Counted from the stretch's first letter, positions 34,649 to 45,340 are shown. The stretch: DNA of 64,000 nt from Clostridia bacterium (GCA_050950825.1 JBMNIH010000004.1:256001-320000); one strand, 5' to 3'. Numbers and translations are program-made. Notes: generated by a model not told the origin, from the letters alone.

Positions 34649-35773
34649 ATGTTCATATTATTAACACCGATCGTTGTACTTATAGTATTGCCTTGGCTTT
34701 TTTGGCAAACCGTAAAAGCCGTTAATCGATATATATTCAACCGTTTGGAATACTCCTGCAGGTTTGTTGTGAATAAAGCTCATGAGGGAGACGTAATCTA
34801 CTTAATCGAAGAGATTCACAATAACTGTTTTTTGCCTGCAAAAAGGCTGATGACCTCGATCCATGCATCCCGCTGGCTGGAATTCGCCACCACACAATCC
34901 ACCTTGGTCGGATTGACGCGCGTGGTCACAAGTGAATTTTCCTTGAAGGCTTATGAAAGAATACGAAGGACTTGGTATTTGCGCTGCGCGAAAAGGGGCG
35001 TCTACGAAATCAAGAACAACACATTGACTTTGGCAAGTATTTTCGGGCTGTCGGTACAGTCGGCAGCCATTCCGGTGAATACGAAGCTGATCGTATACCC
35101 CGAGATTGTGGATTTGCGCTATTTAATCTTATCCGGGAACGATTTTTTCGGTGATACGGTGGTACGAAGATGGATTTTGGACGACCCCTTCATAACGGCG
35201 GGAGCAAGGGAATACCTTCCCGGAGATCCCATGAACCGTATTCATTGGGCGGCCACGGCAAGACAAAACACCGTCATGGTCCGGAAGAACGACTATACGG
35301 CAAAGCTGGACATTTTGGTTCTATTAAATATCCAGTCGAGAGACAACGAGTACGAGGATGTCATCGACAAAGACCTGATTGAGTACGGTATAAAAGTGGC
35401 GGCTACGGTGTTCGACTTGGCTTTAAAAAACGGAGCAAGGATTCAATTCGGATGCAATGCAGGGACGGAGGAGGACCGAACCAAAACCGTTTTAACGGAA
35501 AGCGATGCGTCGAGCAACCACATTCAGCATTTATTAACGATTTTATCCGGGCTGGTGCTGAAAAATGTCCGCTATTTCGAAGAGTTTTTAAAAAATGCGA
35601 CGGAGAACAAAAGGGACGCGGAGATCCTTATCCTCACATCCTATATGAATCTCGAAATGACGGACATAGTTCGGGACTTGATAAGGGCACGAAACAGGGT
35701 GAAAATTCTGATGCTGGACCCGTATGCAAGGGCCTTCGCCATGCCGGTAGGAGCGGATTTGTATTATGTTTAG
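34649..35773 (+). CDS. DUF58 domain protein
   Basis: GAREYLPGDPMNRIHWAATAR. Confidence 0.9.
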   Translation: MFILLTPIVVLIVLPWLFWQTVKAVNRYIFNRLEYSCRFVVNKAHEGDVIYLIEEIHNNCFLPAKRLMTSIHASRWLEFATTQSTLVGLTRVVTSEFSLKAYERIRRTWYLRCAKRGVYEIKNNTLTLASIFGLSVQSAAIPVNTKLIVYPEIVDLRYLILSGNDFFGDTVVRRWILDDPFITAGAREYLPGDPMNRIHWAATARQNTVMVRKNDYTAKLDILVLLNIQSRDNEYEDVIDKDLIEYGIKVAATVFDLALKNGARIQFGCNAGTEEDRTKTVLTESDASSNHIQHLLTILSGLVLKNVRYFEEFLKNATENKRDAEILILTSYMNLEMTDIVRDLIRARNRVKILMLDPYARAFAMPVGADLYYV

Positions 35774-36959
35774 AGAGCATTTTAAAGATTATCGATTCGC
35801 ATTTTTGCGAGGGCTGTTAACGATCTATCCCTTTATTCTCCTCATTGATGCACGGATTGCCAAACGCAATACATGGTATCCGGAATTCTTGATGTTTTTA
35901 TTCTGCTCTTTATTCGCATTTGTTGCAGGCATTGCTTATGAAGGATACTATTACAACCGCCAAAAACAAAAAGAATACCCGACGCTAAGAAAATTTCGTC
36001 AAACGGCCGCCTTAGGTGCCGTGATTTTTGCCGTTTTGCTGTACGGAATTTTATTGAAGATAGAGGAGCTGCCTCGTGTCACGTACGCCTTGTCTCGAGG
36101 GATGGTAGCGTATCTTTTTATGGGCATCGCTTTTTTTGCACGGGATGCAAAAAAAGAAAAAAAGACGGACTTTCTGCTTGCGGTTCCCTCTTTGATCATA
36201 ACGATTCTGTTGTACTTCATATTTCCGGGAACTCGAAGGATATACGGGAACTTGGCAATGCTTACCCTTGTTTTTCATGGAATCCTGTATACGGTTTGTC
36301 ATACAAGGGTACCTGACCGTATCCGAGAATCCTATAAAAGATTTCAATCGAAGCATCGCATCGGCGCTTTGCTTAAAAAGTGGTCGGCATTTTTTAATAA
36401 AGCGTGGCAATATGCGGTCGAATTATTCAAAAGTATAGGGAAAGCTTTAAAAAGCATTACGGTCAATTTTACCTTGTTTAAAGGGATGAAGCGGTTGATT
36501 GTCGGAATCTATCGATTCTTTCGTAAAGATAAGGGAACCAAGATCTCCAAACACAGCGACTATATTGACGAAATCGACACCTTGTTCGGAGAAGACCGTA
36601 TGAACAACGAGATTCGCTATACCGTGCGAGGCTTGATGAAAATAAAGGATCCGGTAAAAAAGGTTCGGTATGCCTTCGGATTGGTGATGTGGAACCTAAA
36701 AGAAAAAAAGGTAGGAATAAAGTACTACGATACGGTACCTGTCATTGAAGAAAAATCAAAAGTCATCGAGAACCTGGACCCGTATATGAAGCCTCTATGC
36801 GAGCTTTACCAGGATGTTCGGTACGGTGATCGCAAGGTCAATGCCCTTTCTTCGGAACAAGCCGCGGATTTGGCGATTTCCGCCGATGAAACCATCAAAG
36901 CAAGCTATTATCAGCCGAAGACGTATGCGAATTCGGATTTTGACTTTCGAAGGGAGTGA
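35766..36959 (+). CDS. Membrane protein, possible C-terminal DUF4129
   Basis: Several TM helices; C-terminal LYQDVRYG; overlaps DUF58 gene. Confidence 0.6.
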   Translation: MFREHFKDYRFAFLRGLLTIYPFILLIDARIAKRNTWYPEFLMFLFCSLFAFVAGIAYEGYYYNRQKQKEYPTLRKFRQTAALGAVIFAVLLYGILLKIEELPRVTYALSRGMVAYLFMGIAFFARDAKKEKKTDFLLAVPSLIITILLYFIFPGTRRIYGNLAMLTLVFHGILYTVCHTRVPDRIRESYKRFQSKHRIGALLKKWSAFFNKAWQYAVELFKSIGKALKSITVNFTLFKGMKRLIVGIYRFFRKDKGTKISKHSDYIDEIDTLFGEDRMNNEIRYTVRGLMKIKDPVKKVRYAFGLVMWNLKEKKVGIKYYDTVPVIEEKSKVIENLDPYMKPLCELYQDVRYGDRKVNALSSEQAADLAISADETIKASYYQPKTYANSDFDFRRE

Positions 36960-36965
36960 TGAACG

Positions 36966-37253
36966 TTGGTTTGTACGGTAGGTACGGTTACCATCCATAT
37001 ACCTTATGCCGGTTCATTGAAAGAAAAAAGGCGTGTAATAAAATCCGTAATCAGCCGGACCATCAACAAATTTTCGGTTTCCTGTATTGAAGCCGACTAC
37101 CATGACTTATGGCAAAAAGGAATGATCGGTATCGGATTCGTCGCTTCGGATTATAACCAAGCGGATAAAATCGAAAGCTCGATTCGTTCCTTTTATGAAG
37201 CAAACGAGGATTTTGAAATTATCGACATGAATTTTGAGAAATTTTCCGTGTAG
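36966..37253 (+). CDS. DUF503 (YlxP-like) protein
   Basis: SLKEKRRVIKS...F.VS..E....DLWQ. Confidence 0.85.
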   Translation: MVCTVGTVTIHIPYAGSLKEKRRVIKSVISRTINKFSVSCIEADYHDLWQKGMIGIGFVASDYNQADKIESSIRSFYEANEDFEIIDMNFEKFSV

Positions 37254-37312
37254 GAGCCGTATCGTAAGGATAAAAATACGAATGCATCATTCCATCAAAG
37301 GAGTTGTTAAAA

Positions 37313-38206
37313 ATGGTTGCTTCCTTTTCCTCCATTGTAAAGAGTGAAATTTCCGCCCTGGAGCTTGAGGATTCTTGCTGCACCCTTTCCGAAGCGGCGG
37401 GGGCCATTCGTACCGCCGGGCGCATCCGTCCCGACGGTTCCGTGGAATTTTTAACCGAAAATTCCGCCGTAGCCCGCCGATTGTTCAAATTGTTGAAGGA
37501 GCTTTATAAAGAGATTGTAGAAGTCAGCTATATGAACAGCTACAAGTTCAAAAAGCATACGAACTATATCTTGACCATCCCGCCGGACGTGACAAAGGTA
37601 TTGAATAAAGATATGGAAGGATTGGTCTTTGACAGCGAGCATTTTTGCTGCTGCCGCGCTTTCCTTCGAGGAGTGTTTATCGCTTCCGGTTCGGTCAGCG
37701 ATCCGAAAAAATCCTATCATTTGGAATTGGCGGTCCGAAACGAAGAAGCCGTAGAGCTTATCCGGAAGTGCTTTGAGCTGTTCCGATTGGAATTCAGTAT
37801 GATTCAAAGGAAAAACCTCCATGTAGTCTACATTAAAGAAGCGGAGCAGATCGTGGACTTTTTGAACGTAATCGGCGCCCATCGAGCCTTATTAAGCTAT
37901 GAAGACATACGCGTATTAAAAAGCGTAAGAAACGATATCAACCGATTGGTCAACTGCGAAACGGCGAATTTGGATAAAACGGTGGAAGCCGCCGTAAAAC
38001 ATATTCAATACATTGAACAATTGGAGGAATGCGGCCTTCTCGAAACGTTACCCGAACCTTTAAAAGAAACGGCTTTGCTGCGATTGCAGCACCCGGATGC
38101 CTCTTTAAAGGAGCTGGGGGAGATGTCGACGCCTCCCGTGGGGAAATCCGGAATCAACCATCGGTTGAAAAAACTCCAAAGAATTGCGGAGAGCTTGGGG
38201 AAATAA
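37313..38206 (+). CDS. whiA: DNA-binding protein WhiA
   Basis: SFSS.VK.E, FLRG.F...GSVSDP..SYHLE, NRLVNCETANL, KSGINHR. Confidence 0.95.
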   Translation: MVASFSSIVKSEISALELEDSCCTLSEAAGAIRTAGRIRPDGSVEFLTENSAVARRLFKLLKELYKEIVEVSYMNSYKFKKHTNYILTIPPDVTKVLNKDMEGLVFDSEHFCCCRAFLRGVFIASGSVSDPKKSYHLELAVRNEEAVELIRKCFELFRLEFSMIQRKNLHVVYIKEAEQIVDFLNVIGAHRALLSYEDIRVLKSVRNDINRLVNCETANLDKTVEAAVKHIQYIEQLEECGLLETLPEPLKETALLRLQHPDASLKELGEMSTPPVGKSGINHRLKKLQRIAESLGK

Positions 38207-38218
38207 CCGTCGGCAATA

Positions 38219-38247
38219 GAAGGATATGCAAAAACCCGATAGAATAT
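38219..38247 (+). promoter_or_regulatory. sigma-H promoter of the spoIIA operon
   Basis: GAAGGATAT-N11-ATAGAATAT fits the AGGA...GAAT sigH consensus. Confidence 0.75.
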
Positions 38248-38292
38248 ACAGGTGATGACGTTTAGGATCAATTCGAACGGGAGGTTTCAAAC

Positions 38293-38646
38293 TTGAGCAA
38301 AAGCATTAGGCGGTATAAAGAGCATTTGATTGTCAAATTTCCGAAGGAAGCGGACCATCACCACTTGTCCTCTTTCAGCGACAAGATCCGTATGGAAATC
38401 CTAAAAAGAGGCGTTAAAAATATAATTTTTGATTTCAGCGACGTAACGTTTATAGACAGCTCGGCCGTGGGCTTGATCCTGTCAAAAAGCAAAACCGTCG
38501 AATCCTTAGGGGGAAAAGCAGGGCTGTGCTGTGCAAAAGGACACGTACTGAAGGTATTAAATGCTTGTACGGCTGTAGGGCTCAGCAAAATGTTTGACAA
38601 CGTGGAAGAAGCCATCAGCTGCTTTGAGAAAAAACAAGAAGCTTAA
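38293..38646 (+). CDS. spoIIAA: Anti-anti-sigma F factor
   Basis: STAS domain, EADHH, TFIDSS.VGLI; operon context. Confidence 0.88.
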   Translation: MSKSIRRYKEHLIVKFPKEADHHHLSSFSDKIRMEILKRGVKNIIFDFSDVTFIDSSAVGLILSKSKTVESLGGKAGLCCAKGHVLKVLNACTAVGLSKMFDNVEEAISCFEKKQEA

Positions 38647-38673
38647 TGTTCAATGTACGAAGGGAGTATAACC

Positions 38674-39096
38674 ATGGAATTCTATAACGAAATGACCGTT
38701 TCTTTTAAATCCTTATCCATAAACGAATCCTTTGCACGAGTAGTCGTTGCATCTTTTGTAACATCCTTGGATCCTACCTTGGAAGATCTGGCGGATATCA
38801 AAACCGCCGTATCCGAAGCCGTTACCAATGCCATCATACACGGCTATGAAGGAAAAGACGGCATCATCACGATTCACTGTACCATAACGGGAAAAACGGT
38901 AACCATAAAGATCATTGATAAAGGCGTAGGCATTGAAGATATCGAAAAGGCTCGGCAGCCTTTTTATACCTCCAAACCGGAAATGGAACGATCGGGAATG
39001 GGATTCACCGTCATGGAAACCTTCATGGACCGTATGGAAGTGGAATCCCGCCCGGGAGAAGGCACTACGGTTACCTTGATAAAAACCATCGAATAA
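38674..39096 (+). CDS. spoIIAB: Anti-sigma F factor
   Basis: NESFAR, VSEAVTNAIIHGY, ERSGMGFTVME. Confidence 0.96.
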   Translation: MEFYNEMTVSFKSLSINESFARVVVASFVTSLDPTLEDLADIKTAVSEAVTNAIIHGYEGKDGIITIHCTITGKTVTIKIIDKGVGIEDIEKARQPFYTSKPEMERSGMGFTVMETFMDRMEVESRPGEGTTVTLIKTIE

Positions 39097-39157
39097 GTCC
39101 GTTGTTCTTGCCTTTTGTTTCCTTTCTTTAAATACCGGGAAATTTTACATGGAGTAT

Positions 39158-39187
39158 GTATATTTCCCCTCGAAGAAGGAAAAAATA
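39158..39187 (+). promoter_or_regulatory. sigma-F-type promoter upstream of sigF
   Basis: GTATA-N15-GGAAAAAATA matches GYWTA-N15-GGnnAnAnTW. Confidence 0.65.
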
Positions 39188-39224
39188 AGCATTAGAAGCA
39201 AATAGTGTTTGGAGAGGTATACAT

Positions 39225-39977
39225 ATGAAACAATCGGATGTTTGTCAATCTCAGAAGGATCAAAAAAATGTAGCACTCATCATACAAGCACAAAAAGGGG
39301 ATGAATCGGCAAAGGATGCCTTGTTTGATTTGAATGCAGGGTTAATTTGGAGTGTGGTAAGAAAGTTCGCGAACAGAGGCTACGAATTGGAGGATCTTTT
39401 TCAGATTGGCTGTATCGGGTTTTTAAAGGCAATCGAAAAGTTTGATACCGGATACGACGTGTGTTTTTCCACCTATGCGGTTCCTATGATTATGGGCGAA
39501 ATCCGAAGGTTTCTAAGAGACGACGGCATCATACGAGTTAGCCGGTCCATGAAGGAAGCCTATTCGAAAATTCGAGCGGCAAGAGAGATCCTGCTGAAGC
39601 AAAACGGGGAGGAGCCCACGATTGCCGAAATTGCAAGCTTTACCGGACTGTCGGACGAGGAAATCGTCACGGCTATGGAAGCCAACGCGTCTCCCGAATC
39701 CTTGTATGCCGACAACAACGAGCAGGATAAATCCGATGGCCGGCAGCTGATCGACAAGCTGGGCAACGACGAGCCGGAGGAGGAGAAGCTGTTAAACAAC
39801 ATCGTCCTTCGAGAGGTATTAAAAACGTTAAACAAAAGAGATAAGAAGATCATCGATTTACGATATTTTGAACATAAAACCCAAGTGGAAACGGCGCAAA
39901 TATTAGGGATATCCCAAGTTCAAATTTCCAGGCTGGAAAAGAGAATTTTAAGTGAATTAAAAGGAAGAATCGGCTGA
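39225..39977 (+). CDS. sigF: RNA polymerase sporulation sigma factor F
   Basis: DLFQIGCIG, FSTYAVPMIMGEIRRFLRDDG, GISQVQISRLE; follows spoIIAB. Confidence 0.95.
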   Translation: MKQSDVCQSQKDQKNVALIIQAQKGDESAKDALFDLNAGLIWSVVRKFANRGYELEDLFQIGCIGFLKAIEKFDTGYDVCFSTYAVPMIMGEIRRFLRDDGIIRVSRSMKEAYSKIRAAREILLKQNGEEPTIAEIASFTGLSDEEIVTAMEANASPESLYADNNEQDKSDGRQLIDKLGNDEPEEEKLLNNIVLREVLKTLNKRDKKIIDLRYFEHKTQVETAQILGISQVQISRLEKRILSELKGRIG

Positions 39978-40042
39978 TCGAATTGGAAAGTTTATATAAA
40001 GGGCGGATACAAGCGGGAAACCGCTTTTTCTTGTTTTGTCGC

Positions 40043-40072
40043 GAATATTTTTTACGAATTGTATTCATAATA
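40043..40072 (+). promoter_or_regulatory. sigma-G-type promoter of the spoVA operon
   Basis: GAATA-N18-CATAATA. Confidence 0.7.
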
Positions 40073-40114
40073 AAAGAAGAAAAGATACGCTCTTTCCAAC
40101 AAGGAAGAATCGAG

Positions 40115-40294
40115 GTGTTTGCTATCACGGATCGTTTATTTAAACTGAAGATTGCGCTTTTGATTTTGCTAATCGCCCTCATATTCGTTTGCATTAGCTT
40201 AATACTTTTGTCCGGAAATAGAAGCCGTTATTACGAATACGGTGTATACGTATATCATAATCAAATAGAGGTAAGTTATGCAGAAGCTATATAG
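40115..40294 (+). CDS. Small membrane protein upstream of spoVAC
   Basis: GTG start after AAGGA, single TM (IALLILLIALIFVCISLILL), overlaps spoVAC start. Confidence 0.5.
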   Translation: MFAITDRLFKLKIALLILLIALIFVCISLILLSGNRSRYYEYGVYVYHNQIEVSYAEAI

Positions 40295-40721
40295 TGCAAA
40301 GGATTATCAAAAATACGTGGATAAAAAATCCCCGAATTCCAAGCTGGGCTTGAACATGTTAAAGGCTTTCTTAACCGGAGGTCTTATTTGTATGTTAGGA
40401 CAGCTTTTGATGAACTACTTTCAATCCCGCAATCTTGACCAAATGGATTATGCCACATTAACGGCTATGTGCCTTATTTTGCTGAGCGTTATTCTTACCG
40501 CCTTGGATATATATATTTATATAGGAAAGTTCGGCGGTGCGGGAGCCAGCATCCCCATCACCGGGTTCGCAAACGCCATCGTTTCGCCGGCCATGGAATT
40601 CAAAACGGAAGGATATGTATTGGGTGTGGGAGCGAAAATGTTTTTAATTGCAGGTCCGGTATTGGTCTACGGAATATCGTCATCCGTCATACTGGGCATC
40701 CTCTATTATATCTTAAAGTAG
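40278..40721 (+). CDS. spoVAC: Stage V sporulation protein AC
   Basis: AF..GGLIC..GQ, GAGASIPITGFAN, KMF.IAGPV. Confidence 0.95.
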   Translation: MQKLYSAKDYQKYVDKKSPNSKLGLNMLKAFLTGGLICMLGQLLMNYFQSRNLDQMDYATLTAMCLILLSVILTALDIYIYIGKFGGAGASIPITGFANAIVSPAMEFKTEGYVLGVGAKMFLIAGPVLVYGISSSVILGILYYILK

Positions 40722-40733
40722 GGAAGTAGAACT

Positions 40734-41735
40734 ATGCGATTGGGAAAACAAACGGTTACATTCGAAAAAATGCCGTATATCACGGCAACGGCGGCCATTG
40801 TCGGCCCCTACGAAGGAGAAGGGCCTTTGAAGGACGGCTTTGACCGAATCATTGAAAACGACGATAACGGTGAAAAAAGCTGGGAGAAGGCCGAAACGAA
40901 ATTGATGCAGGACACGTACCATCTGCTGCTGCAGAAGGGCAATACGACGGAGAAAAACATCCACTACGTTCTTGCGGGAGATTTGTTGAATCAAAATATC
41001 GCATCAAGCTACGCTTTTCGAGATCGTGAATGCTCCTATTTAGGAATCTACGGTGCTTGCTCCACCTTCGGAGAAGCCGTAGGTATCGCTTCCATGATAA
41101 TGGCGGGAGGCTTTGCGGAGCAAATCATTTGTATCACATCCAGCCATTATTGCTCCGCCGAAAGGCAGTATCGATACCCCTTGGAATTTGCCACCCAAAG
41201 ACCGCCTACGTCCCAATGGACGGTAACCGGCAGCGGAGGGCTCTTGCTTCAAAAGGACGGAACCGGTCCCGTGGTGGAGATGTTTACCGCCGGCAAGATC
41301 GTGGACCAAGGTATAAAAGACGCCAACAACATGGGAGCGGCCATGGCTCCCGCCGCAGCGGATACCATCGCTACCCATTTTGTAGAAACCGGGAGAAAAC
41401 CGGAGGATTACGATTTAATCGTTACGGGTGATTTGGGAGCGGTGGGAACCGATATCTGCCGAGAGCTGCTGAAGCAATACGGCTTTGATGTGTTCGAAAG
41501 GCACGAAGACTGCGGCTTGCTGATGTACGATCGATCGAAGCAGGATGCACACAGCGGGGCAAGCGGCTGCGGATGCTGTGCAACGGTATTTTCGGCGTAT
41601 TTTTATCCGAAGCTTCGAAACGGAGAGCTGACCCGTATTTTATTTGTGCCTACCGGAGCTCTTTTAAGCCCCACCATTGTTCAGCAAGGAGAATCCATTG
41701 CGTGTATCGCCCATGCCGTGGCGATCGCCGGTTAA
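40734..41735 (+). CDS. spoVAD: Stage V sporulation protein AD
   Basis: GDLLNQ, GACST, AERQYRYP, NMGAAMAPAA, SGCGC. Confidence 0.95.
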   Translation: MRLGKQTVTFEKMPYITATAAIVGPYEGEGPLKDGFDRIIENDDNGEKSWEKAETKLMQDTYHLLLQKGNTTEKNIHYVLAGDLLNQNIASSYAFRDRECSYLGIYGACSTFGEAVGIASMIMAGGFAEQIICITSSHYCSAERQYRYPLEFATQRPPTSQWTVTGSGGLLLQKDGTGPVVEMFTAGKIVDQGIKDANNMGAAMAPAAADTIATHFVETGRKPEDYDLIVTGDLGAVGTDICRELLKQYGFDVFERHEDCGLLMYDRSKQDAHSGASGCGCCATVFSAYFYPKLRNGELTRILFVPTGALLSPTIVQQGESIACIAHAVAIAG

Positions 41736-41764
41736 CAACCGACGCCGAAAGGAGAAATCGACTG

Positions 41765-42127
41765 ATGGGAGATAAATTGTTAAATGCATTTTTGGTAGGC
41801 GGCGCCCTTTGCGCCATTGGACAGCTGTTGATTGACAAAACAAAACTGACGTCCGCACGAATCATGGTGATGTATGTTACCTTAGGTGTGTTTTTGGGCG
41901 GACTGGGTATTTATCAAAAGCTGGTGGATATCGGAGGTGCGGGAGCTACCGTTCCCTTGATGGGATTCGGCTACAGCTTGGCGAAAGGAGTTATGAAGGA
42001 AGTGGACCAAAACGGTTTGTTAGGAGCTTTTACCGGCGGCATTAAAGCGACGGCCGGGGGAATCACCGCCGCCATTATTTTCGGATATATTGCTTCTTTG
42101 ATTGCCAAACCCCAAGGAAGGCGATGA
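41765..42127 (+). CDS. spoVAE: Stage V sporulation protein AE
   Basis: AFLVGG.LC.IGQ, GAGATVPL.GFG. Confidence 0.93.
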   Translation: MGDKLLNAFLVGGALCAIGQLLIDKTKLTSARIMVMYVTLGVFLGGLGIYQKLVDIGGAGATVPLMGFGYSLAKGVMKEVDQNGLLGAFTGGIKATAGGITAAIIFGYIASLIAKPQGRR

Positions 42128-42229
42128 TGGGAAAAGACGTCATTGAATAAAGCATGGAACGACGAAGCACGAAAATTTTGTTCGTGCTTGTTTTTTTGTT
42201 CGGATATTTATTCATTTATGGGCGGTTGA

Positions 42230-42258
42230 TTGACACAAAATGCCAAGTAAAGTATGAT
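42230..42258 (+). promoter_or_regulatory. sigma-A promoter at the island's left junction
   Basis: TTGACA-N17-TATGAT directly abutting the addA fragment. Confidence 0.6.
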
Positions 42259-42755
42259 GCAAACCTGAGAGTTTTATATGACAGAGCGAGACAATTTGAG
42301 GAAACCGGCTATAAAGGCCTGTTTAACTTTATTAACTTCGTGGATAAATTAAAAAGCAGCCGGGGTGATATGGGAAGCGCGAAAATACTCGGCGAGAACG
42401 ATAATGTTGTGCGTATAATGAGCATTCATAAAAGCAAAGGCCTTGAGTTTCCTGTTGTTATTCTGGCAGGCTGCGGAAAACGGTTTAATCTTATGGATAT
42501 GAACAGTAGTATTCTTTTGCATCAGGAACCGGGATTCGGTCCTGATGTAGTTGACTGTTCAAAGAGAATCTCGTGGCCGTCTGCCGCGAAGCTTGGCATC
42601 AGAGAGAAGATAAAGACTGAAAATCTGTCGGAGGAGATGCGGATTCTGTATGTCGCAATGACCGGAGCCCGTGAAAAGCTTATAATAACAGGTTCTGTCC
42701 GGAATATAGAAAAGTCGGCTGCCAGGTGGAGCAGAACAGCTTCGGTTCAGGACGA
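42259..42755 (+). pseudogene. addA: Internal fragment of AddA helicase/nuclease subunit
   Basis: [36 protein letters not shown] (motif VI normally TRA); no N-terminal helicase or C-terminal nuclease domain. Confidence 0.88.
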
Positions 42756-43077
42756 TAAAAAGCAATTTGAGAGAATCGAAGAAAAGAGGCCGGCTCTATT
42801 GTTTTCCGGAGAAATGTTGGGGAAATATGTAAACTTAAATGGACAATCCGATATATCTGCAAAGCTACATTTCCAAAAGGGCAACTATGTAAAATCTCCT
42901 GTAAGTTTATTTACTTATTATAGGAACAGTAGGGTTATGGAGTTCAGAGAGTTGAGATGACAGAAGCTGAAAAACCTTTATCTGAATGTAAGATTCCGGA
43001 GAGCATGATAAACATGTGTCACTATTTTATTTTAGCAAGCTTACGTAATAAATAAGTAAATACTCGGAAAGACAGGC

Positions 43078-43950
43078 TCAGGGGGTCCCGTAAAGCTTGT
43101 TTTTATACTCTGTGGGAGACACCCCGGTCTTCTTCCTGAACACACACGAGAAGTGACTAAGACTGCCGAAAGCACATAGATCACAAATCTGCGACATTGT
43201 ACAGTCGGTTTTTATTAACATATCCTTGGCTTTCTCTATTCTCACATTAAGCAAATATTCAAACGGAGTTATCCCTGTATGGCGTTTAAACAGCCTGAGA
43301 AAATGGTAAGGGCTGTAATGCGTTACATTCGCTATCTCAGCAAGGGTTAAATTATTCTGGTAATTATCGGTAATATATTCAATAGCTTTTTTAACAGCCG
43401 CATCATCGTAATAAGTAGCAGACCGAAAAGCTGAACCGGACAGATCGAGGCAACTCTCACGAAGAAGCATAACCGCGACCTGCAGCGCAATGCTTTCCTG
43501 CATCAGGGAAACTCCGGGCAGATCGGCGCTGCATTCCCGTATAAAAATATTCAAAAGCTCCCTCAGTGCAGGTGTTAACGCAAAGCAGCAGTTTTTCAGT
43601 AACGGTTCACTTATGCCGAATAATTCCTCCGCTGTTGATCGGATAAGCGTATTGTCCATATAAACAACCAAAGATTTAAAATCGGTGACTGCCATTTTTT
43701 CACCCCTGTAGGACTGCCCGGGATTACAGGGGAAAATGCTCATTTTCTTCAGAGCGCACCGTTTATTTTGAGTTATAACTACAGGCGCCTGTTTTAACGG
43801 AATCAGGAAGTAGTACTGTCCGCACGAAAATTCATCAAACATTAAATATGAGGTTTCAACTATCACCATTTTATCGCTTGGATATAAATAGGATTTAAGC
43901 ATATGACGGTCTGGAAATGTAGGTTTCAGCACAGATAACATATTTTCCAT
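43078..43950 (-). CDS. AraC family transcriptional regulator
   Basis: SPYHFLRLFK..TG.TP..Y....R...AK..L...F.S.SHF...F.K.TG.SP..Y. Confidence 0.93.
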   Translation of the reverse strand: MENMLSVLKPTFPDRHMLKSYLYPSDKMVIVETSYLMFDEFSCGQYYFLIPLKQAPVVITQNKRCALKKMSIFPCNPGQSYRGEKMAVTDFKSLVVYMDNTLIRSTAEELFGISEPLLKNCCFALTPALRELLNIFIRECSADLPGVSLMQESIALQVAVMLLRESCLDLSGSAFRSATYYDDAAVKKAIEYITDNYQNNLTLAEIANVTHYSPYHFLRLFKRHTGITPFEYLLNVRIEKAKDMLIKTDCTMSQICDLCAFGSLSHFSCVFRKKTGVSPTEYKNKLYGTP

Positions 43951-44360
43951 GATACTACCTCCGACGCAGCTTGCTTTTAAATATATTCTGCATTTGCTGC
44001 AGCCTGCTTTAAATATACCATAAAATACTATCAGTTGTCATTACTCAGCATGTGATTTTGTGGAAAAAACCGGTGATTATTTAAAATTCATTCCTGAAAA
44101 AACAAATAAAGTTCGCAATCATAATAAAACATTTGAGCAACTTTATGAAAATCATTCCATTATAGCTAACGTATAATAATCAGGAAAACATGGGAATGTG
44201 TACGGGAGGCACCCCTATGAAAAACGTACAAATGGCTGATAACGAGGCGGAACAAGTGGCCGGTTTTGTGAAAAAAGCAGGCAGGGCTGCGAATATTCAT
44301 CAATCAGCAGATGCCGGCGAAGGAAATATTCTGCTTCGGCTAAGGATAGGCGGAATATAT

Positions 44361-44903
44361 ATGCCTCGAGCATTAATTCTTATAATGTTGCTTGCAGCAT
44401 TTATGCTTTCAGCCTGCGGGAAAACAGCGTCAAACAATGAAGGCGCGCCTGTTCGTTCGTCAATCATCGAACCCGAGCAGCTCATTTCCAAACAGGAAGC
44501 CGAAGATTTGCTAGGAGAGGCTGTCAAAGACGGCGAAAAGCGCGAACAGCCTGAAGTTGGGCAGAAAATATGCTTCTATGACATGCCATACAGAGATTCG
44601 GCTTATTTTGTTCAGATATCCATTACTCAGGCAGCGCTTATGCCTGCCTCCGGACAGACAGTTGAGGACATTTATAAAACGCTGAAAGAAGCGTTAATCG
44701 AAACGGCGGAGCAAAAAAAGATCGATGGAACAGGAGACGAATACTTCCTCGGAACCCCCGGTCTGCACATATTGAAAGAAGGGTACTATATTTGCATTGC
44801 TGCAGGCAACCTGAATGACGACAGGGTTCTCGGCATACCGGAGCAGGCCGGTGTACCGGCAGTTAATAATTTAGAAAAAATTCTAAGCGAGGTAAGAGAA
44901 TGA
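44361..44903 (+). CDS. Putative lipoprotein
   Basis: Lipobox MLSAC; in-frame alternative upstream start at 44217; stop overlaps the next start (ATGA). Confidence 0.72.
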   Translation: MPRALILIMLLAAFMLSACGKTASNNEGAPVRSSIIEPEQLISKQEAEDLLGEAVKDGEKREQPEVGQKICFYDMPYRDSAYFVQISITQAALMPASGQTVEDIYKTLKEALIETAEQKKIDGTGDEYFLGTPGLHILKEGYYICIAAGNLNDDRVLGIPEQAGVPAVNNLEKILSEVRE

Positions 44904-45340
44904 AAATTATTAAAAGTATTGTAAAATGGATTGGAACACAATTTCAGGTGCATACCGTCTATTCACTGCTTATAACGATAACGGCCGCCGCACTCGTCAC
45001 AGCGGGAATCCTTTGGATTCCCGGATTATTCAAGTCAGCCGAAACATCTGCTTACCTGCCCGATCGCGAGTATATTCTTGCCCCGGTTGAATATAAAGAG
45101 CCTCAAACCCTTGAAGAACTCCTTCACGTCAGGATATCAGAGCCGGATGTGGACACGTTGCTGCGCAATCCGGCGATTGCAGAAGAACTTATGAAAGCTG
45201 AAAAGCTGACTGATGTTGTAGATTCACGGCTTGCTCTGAACAACCTGCGCAACCTTGATCAGCAGCTCGCTGAGCGGATTGAACAGATGCAGAAATCCTT
45301 TGGTAAAAGCAATAAACCTGATGTTACGAACATTGAGCTT

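Noticed and set aside
42154-42960. Intact 268-aa gene
   Set aside because: Chimeric read-through: the start lies in the spoVAE terminator region, the middle is an addA fragment and the tail is unrelated.
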